Source of the DNA: Eledone cirrhosa
Lineage: Eukaryota
Assembly (NCBI GenBank): GCA_964016885.1
Contig: OZ024742.1
Coordinates: forward strand, 39,308,001 to 39,372,000
Direction: 5' to 3'
DNA length: 64,000 bases
A program made the position numbers and the translations under genes. A model generated the notes under the pieces. That model saw nothing but the letters and a program-made list of their open reading frames with translations, searched no databases and was not told where the DNA came from. Shown piece by piece: positions 57,330 through 64,000 of the stretch. The stretch's first letter is position 1. Each line of letters starts with the position of its first letter.

Positions 57330-59849
57330 TAGCAGAAGTACCCGTCGTTGCCCGGGTGTAAGTCGACCTTTGGTCTGTTAGAATGTGTGAAAGTTACTTC
57401 CCGCGCATCGCAGGTTCAAAACTTCGAACTTCAATGAAAAAAAGATAGGTTAGTAGACACGGGTGTGTAATTTATTAATTGTAGTTACACAGTGTATCGT
57501 TGAAATTGTTCTCTGCACGACTGACGGAAGTCAAAATCGCTTGATATTGAATGTTCAGTTAATTTAAAGCAGGGTGAAAATGTCGATTACTTTCAGGGTT
57601 CTTTTTTTTTTAACAATTTTTGCGCTCACATGTGCAGAAGAAGAATTAAAAGGGCCTTTATCTTAACCGCGGCATAATGGCGAGTCTTTTGTGACAGTTT
57701 TCAAGAATATAGGACGTTCCTGTAAAAAGTTTTCCCATGTGTAACTTTACCTTGTTTTTTTGCGCAAAGTCGAGCCCCGCTTCAGTTTTATTGATTTTTT
57801 TACATCAATGCGTGATCTCTGAAGTAGATTTGAGTAGCTAAAAACCTGTCCCGGTAAATTTGCTATAGGTGAAAAAAAGTTGATCAAAATTGTATCTAGG
57901 GTTATTGCCCTTTGCCACAGCCTCAAGCCTCGTCTGACGGGATGCTGGTGATTCCTCCGTCAGCGCTTGTTGGCGACGAAGGCGAACATCAGCAAGCCTT
58001 GTCGTACGTGATGTTGGTGACTCAACCAGCCGGGAAAGACGTCTATCAGCGAGTCGAGATTCGCGCTCAGCAGGTGTTTCCTAGAGAAAATTAATTAATT
58101 CTACTGGTTAGCTAAGCCAATGGCAGTGTCAATAGTAAATGAGAAAAGTCTAACATGAACAAAAGGGAATCAAGGTAAGGCAATAAATTTAATATAACTA
58201 CGATTAGAATGTTGTAGTTGCTTAAAAGTGGTGACAGTTAGGATAAACGCAGTACTTGCTAACATTAAGGAAGAATATTGCATAAAGGATTAATCAATTG
58301 TGAATGAACTCATACCCGAGAACGCCTAATTCGTTGTCTCAAAGCAGTAGCTGTACCTTTTTTGGAGGTAAGTCTTGAACGTTTCCGTGTAGGCATAACG
58401 ACGTGTAACGAAGCTGTTAGGTTAGAGAGAGGTGATTAAATACAGAGAGAGATGACACCAGATTCGTTAGCATGGTTACTGGTGAATGGGAAGGTTTGGA
58501 AATATGATTACAATAACTTACCGAATTTTGCGGTCTATAAATTGCACTTAAAATAATTAAATTTAATCAAAAAACAGCTCTGCGCTTTATACTCCGGTGA
58601 GCCTTATGTATAAATAATACAATGGTAATCAATCACGGCTCTAACAGAAGTAATAGATCTAGACTAAAAGTAAAGAAGATAGCATTTTCCTGGTTGGCCT
58701 TACACGCCGTTGCGCGGACCTGATTTTAAATGATACGCCTTATATCCTGGTGAGCCTTATAGAGCGGAAAATATCTATTGGAAAAGAATACGAATTCATG
58801 ACCAAGGTGTGACAAAATAGGCGTCTATACAGCGCGTGAAACAAACTTGTCCCAAACCCTAGGATTTTTCTCGTTAAGTATCCACCCAAAAGGAACCGTT
58901 TTTTAGTTACAAAAAATAACCAAAGTGTATAGTAGCTATATTTCTGACATATCATGCCAAAAAGAACAATATATTCAAAAAATGTTCTAAAGTACATTCA
59001 ATCTCTCTTTTTGACTGATATCTTAATAAGCAAGTTATCGATTTTTTATTGGCTGTCAGTGTCTATCTGCATGCAGGTGTGCACGTGTGCGCAATTAATT
59101 GCAAATACGCTCATAACATTTAGTCGTAAGCAGAACAAAAAATGCCATTAGAGGTGGGCTAATAATGAAGACACAAACCCTGGTGAACTTACGTTTAAAC
59201 ACCCGAAAAGTTACTCACTTCCTGTGCAAAAGACTGTATTATAAATTAAGTAATTTTTTAGAATCTTTTGTTTAAAAAAGGAAAACATTGGTACGACGTA
59301 ACATTTTTTACAACTTTGTATATGTACAATACAACTTGGTCAACGTATTATTTAGTAATTTTTTTTTCAAAAAGCATGATTATTTAAGACTGTTTGAAAA
59401 TTTACTCACAGCTTTTAGCATCACAAAAGACACCATTAAATTTGGTTCCCTTTTCAGATAGGGATAATACTGTATTTCCACTTGAATAAGGTGGAATATG
59501 AAAATATAAACTCTTTAATGGTCGGTCGTTTACTGAGACAGCTGGGAAGACATGCAGCTGGCCGTCCAATCAATAACGCACGTCCTTATATGGGCATATG
59601 AAATTTATTTTTATTGCGCCAGATGTAAACTAAGAGTTCTTGTGTTCGAATTCACATAAAATTTCATTGGAATCAAAAAACATTCTGTCATAGGGCCCGA
59701 TTATCGATTTTTCGAAAATTTCAAGTAGCCTATTCCACTCTACGCGTTGAGTTTTATATATGTGTGAGGTTTCATGAAAATTGGATGAACAGTGTAGCAT
59801 GCAAGTTCGGTACATCAAACAATGTCCATCTTCCCTTTATATATATAGA
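57329..59849 (-). mobile_element. non-autonomous Helitron (2.5 kb)
   Basis: 5' end TCTATATATATAAAGGG; 3' end CCCGGGCAACGACGGG hairpin followed by CTAG; inserted between A and T within (TA)n. Confidence 0.9.
57838..58396 (-). CDS. putative spliced 107 aa STPR-repeat protein inside the Helitron (exons 58396-58316 and 58080-57838)
   Basis: MPTRKRSRLTSKKGTATALRQRIRRSR | gtatga...ttttctctag | ETPAERESRLADRRLSRLV-ESPTSRTTRLADVRLRRQQALTE-ESPASRQTRLEAVAKG...*. Phase-0 intron of 235 nt. Confidence 0.6.
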
Positions 59850-59879
59850 TATATATATACACACACACACACACACACG

Positions 59880-59964
<85 letters not shown>

Positions 59965-60270
59965 ATATATATATATATGTATGATTATATATATATCATA
60001 TATTATACTATACGGCTCGGAAAAACCTCTTTCCTAGAGCTAATTTACTGTAATGAGACTATTTTGAGTTTCTAACTCAATACATGCCTTTGATATATTC
60101 GGCTCCGTTAATTCGTAGAGCTAATTCAAATGTCGAGTAAACTCGGCTGCTATTTTTAGTGGCGTGAGTGTGCGAGACACGCTAAGTTCGGGAACCACGT
60201 GCGTTACATATACACACACACTATCCATTTTTTTATTATATTTAGAAGTGATCAGGATACTAATTTCTTC

Positions 60271-60347
60271 TCCCGCTGATGAGCTTGGACTTTGGTATTC
60301 CTTTTCACAAATAATATTGCGAAACAGTTCTATCAAAACTGTTCGGG
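60271..60347 (+). ncRNA. type I hammerhead ribozyme with a full stem III
   Basis: cccg-CTGATGA-gc...gc-GAAA-cagtt-ctatcaa-aactg-TTC-ggg. Confidence 0.65.
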
Positions 60348-60976
60348 TGTTCGGTAGTTCCCCCAATTATGGTTTGTATTTATTTTTCTTGATTTATTCT
60401 TAAATTGAGTCTGGAAAACCCTATTGTCTGTAGTTAGTATTTTTTCACCTTAGTGATTCTGGTCCATTACGATTTGAACACATATGTATATGTCTGTGTT
60501 CGTTTTTCTTTTTTGTTTAGTTATATATATATGTATATGTATATACGACTCTGGTTGCATCATAGATACTGTTGAATATGTGCAGATGGAGTGCATTAGT
60601 GTGCATGTCATTGGTGTTATTTCTGTCTGCTGTGTCAGTGAGTGTTCTGTGTGCCGTTAAGGAAAGTGTGAGTGTGTGCCTATATACGTGTATGTCTTAA
60701 TCTTTGATGTATTTTATGTATGTGTGTGTCTACGCGTTTGTGTGTGTGTATACTTACGTATGAGTGTGTGTTTGGGGGAAGGGTTATAAGTGTTATCAGG
60801 GTGTGTGTGTGTGTTTGGGCGAGTTTATGCAATTATTAGAGTGTGTATGTGAGTGTGTTTATGCGTCTGCATGTGTGTAGCAAATGAAAAGAAAGATAAG
60901 AACAGACCTTTGCTTTCGGTTAACTTCTGGAAATGCATAAGGTTTCGGTGCATTAATATAGACATATATAAGAACG

Positions 60977-61029
<53 letters not shown>

Positions 61030-61042
61030 TATTATGTGTGTG

Positions 61043-61110
<68 letters not shown>

Positions 61111-61141
61111 CGTACGTCTGTGTATATATGTGTATGTATGC

Positions 61142-61216
<75 letters not shown>

Positions 61217-61445
61217 CTGTATGTATGAATGTATAGTATATTTGATAATATACTGTATGTTTATTTAAAAACATTTTAAAGACCATTCGCTATAAATTTT
61301 AAAGTAGTGACTACGTCACGATCTTTAGTATTCATAGCGAATGGTCTTTAAAATGTTTTTAAATAAAGATACAGTATATTATCAAATATACTATACATAC
61401 ATATATACATCGCTATTTCAGAGCACCAATACTAATTTATATATG

Positions 61446-61485
<40 letters not shown>

Positions 61486-61564
61486 TCAAAGGGTATATAT
61501 ATATATATATATATATAATTAGACAAAGTCACACACACAAATATATATATATATATATATATAT

Positions 61565-62030
61565 ACGATATTAACAAATGGAAACTATATTTATAAAACC
61601 ATATTTATTTCATTATACATATTTCAAGGACACCAAGTTAAATTATGGTGTGCTTTCATCAGACAAAATATAATATAGATCAGTTTTATAAATAAATATT
61701 GACATACCCTTAAAAAATGCAACCATTACTGTTGGAAGCTCCCGAATAGTGGAGTTGTTTACTTATATTATTATTAGTAATGGTTGCATTTTTTAAGGGT
61801 ATGTCAATATTTATTTATAAAACTGATCTATATTATATTTTGTCTGATGAAAGCACACCATAATTTAACTTGGTGTCCTTGAAATATGTATAATGAAATA
61901 AATATGGTTTTATAAATAAAGTTTCCATTTGTTAATATCGTATGTTTACTCCAAATATTTGTTGAGTGCTTTATATCAGTTATAAAAATATTTGCTTGTT
62001 GTATCCCAACAATTTAAATAGAACTTTTGC
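61565..62030. mobile_element. fold-back Naiad pLTR mini-element (arms 61565-61730 and 61776-61942) with an HHR in each arm
   Basis: CTGATGA-aagcacacca-taatttaact-tggtgtcctt-GAAA-tatGTA. The right arm has an extra ~90 nt tail. Confidence 0.85.
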
Positions 62031-62055
62031 ATATATATATATATATATATATATA

Positions 62056-62250
62056 GGAAAGAGTTAGGACCGCGGCGGCAGAGCTCAAGCCGTTTCGACA
62101 GCTATTTCTGGACAAGAAATAGCCGTCGAAACGGCTTGAGCTCTGCCGTCGGGGTCCTGACTATTTTCCTACTACCCACTCTACTACTCAAAGTATCGAG
62201 TACTCTGGTGCGTTATGGTCCACCTGGTTCCTTACCACACTTCCTTCGTT
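62056..62250 (+). mobile_element. family X mini-element with fold-back
   Basis: Same layout as 19068-19260. Confidence 0.8.
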
Positions 62251-62272
62251 ATATATATATATATATATGTGA

Positions 62273-62347
<75 letters not shown>

Positions 62348-62711
62348 CGTGCGTGTGCGTGCGTGTATGTGTGTCTATGTACGTTAATTGTTTTGTTTAT
62401 TGTATTTAATTAATAAATTGTGTTCTAACTAATTATGATAATATTAACTGTCATACATAAAATAGCGCTAAGTTTCAAATTTTACAAGATATCGTGTAAC
62501 AGTTCAACCATTTCTCCGCCGCAAGCTCGAGAAGTATTCGATATTTTTCCTTAGTGAAGGTGCGTGACTTAGCAGTTAGAATATTGGTTTGCTGGTTCTG
62601 AAATAGTGAGTACGATGCATTATGTACTTGTACATGGCACTTTATTTCAATAAAATTCTTCAGTCCACTCACTTGGAAAAAAATAAGTTGTGCCGGTAAT
62701 TCATTGTGTCG

Positions 62712-63030
62712 GGTGCGTGACGTAGTGCCTAGGGTGTTTGGCTAACGATTACATTGTTGTGAGTTCGATTTCTAGACCAGGCCGCACATTGTGTCCTTGA
62801 GCGAGGCACTTTATTTCACGTTGCTTCAGTCCAGACTTAGCTGGAAAAATGAGTTGTTCCTCTAATTCAAAGGGCCTGCCTTGTACTACACATTGTCACG
62901 TTGAATCACCCTGAGAATTACGTTAAGGTTACACTTGTCAGTGGAATACTTAAGAGTTTGCACGCTTATTTCCCGCGCAGGTTATTCTTTTATTCGATCA
63001 ACTAGAACATTTGTCGTCGTAAACGACGGA
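62712..63030 (+). mobile_element. tRNA-derived SINE (family B head with an alternative tail)
   Basis: GAGTTCGATTTC B box and GTGTCCTTGAGCGAGGCACTT core. The tail is homologous to 39150-39312 and 63835-64000(-). Confidence 0.75.
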
Positions 63031-63529
63031 GATCCATTATAAACAGTCATACAGCACCGAATTTGAAACTTTAGAAAATATTTTGTAGCGGTTCATCTAT
63101 TCCTCCGGTCCATTTAATGGCTACACTGCAACCGACTGTGGAAACTAGGTCTTAACATTTGTTCCCAGCCTCGGGACCTTACTTGGGATACTCTCAAACA
63201 CTGGTAATAATTTAAACAGCTGCCGTGATTACTGCGTTATTTGCTTAAGCGTGTATGACAGCCTGTATGTGTGTAGAAAAGAAAGATATGAACAGACCTT
63301 TCCTTTTGGTTAACTTCTGGAAATGCATAAGGTTTCGGTGCATTAATATATCTTTTGTCGCATCACCAGTATGAGGAGCAGATCGATACTGGAGTCGGGT
63401 CCATAATTCCTATGGGTCACCTTGAGCCAATCCTCTGCAAAACGCGCGTAACAGGTCGATATACAATAAATATTTTTCATATATAAACGAAAGTTCCTCG
63501 TTTTTACAATTATGTATATATATATATAA

Positions 63530-63732
63530 TTGGTGTTGGATGCTTAAAGCGTCCGTATGCGGTAGGCCGTTTGAGCACTCGATGCTCTCATAGAGCAGAG
63601 TATGATATGGTATCACAGAAAAAAAGAGAATCAGTGTTGTGACGAATGGAATTTATTGGACATATTACAATCTGTAATATGTTCAATAAATTCCATTCGT
63701 CTCAACACTGATTCTCTTTTTTTCTGTGAAAT
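63530..63732 (-). mobile_element. family Y mini-element with fold-back at HHR stem III
   Basis: Arms 63613-63668 and 63674-63729 around ttac-aatct-gtaa. Confidence 0.8.
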
Positions 63733-63737
63733 ATATT

Positions 63738-63841
<104 letters not shown>

Positions 63842-64000
63842 GCTCTTTGTTGCTTGACCACTGAAGGTTCCAGCAACGAGTTTCCCAGTTATTTGAACAA
63901 TGTTACAACCCCCATGTATGTATAGATTACTCACACATTTCCATGTTAATTTCACGGACAGGCTGTTCCATTTTTCGAACAACTAGAATACTCATCATGA

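Overview
AT-rich, microsatellite-saturated animal DNA; the SINE families and repeat landscape look like an octopus or other cephalopod (inference). No host protein-coding gene can be supported, and almost all ORF-track entries are (TA)n/(CA)n/(CAC)n artefacts. The window is a mosaic of mobile elements, most of them bounded by (TA)n tracts. These include two 5'-truncated Neptune-type Penelope-like elements (PLEs), Naiad-type PLE fragments (YRDD RT, CxLC-type GIY-YIG), a decayed Poseidon-like PLE RT, two internally deleted Helitrons, R4/Dong-, CRE-, RTE- and CR1-like LINE fragments, a hAT MITE and many tRNA-derived SINEs. The most striking pattern is roughly 30 type I hammerhead ribozyme (HHR) motifs from more than 10 distinct families. 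Most sit in short PLE-derived mini-elements whose fold-back inversions are centred in or at the ribozyme. One HHR family carries a compensatory U3-A8 core. One Helitron keeps an apparently intact, spliced STPR-repeat mini-ORF. All coordinates were read by eye and are approximate to a few bases.
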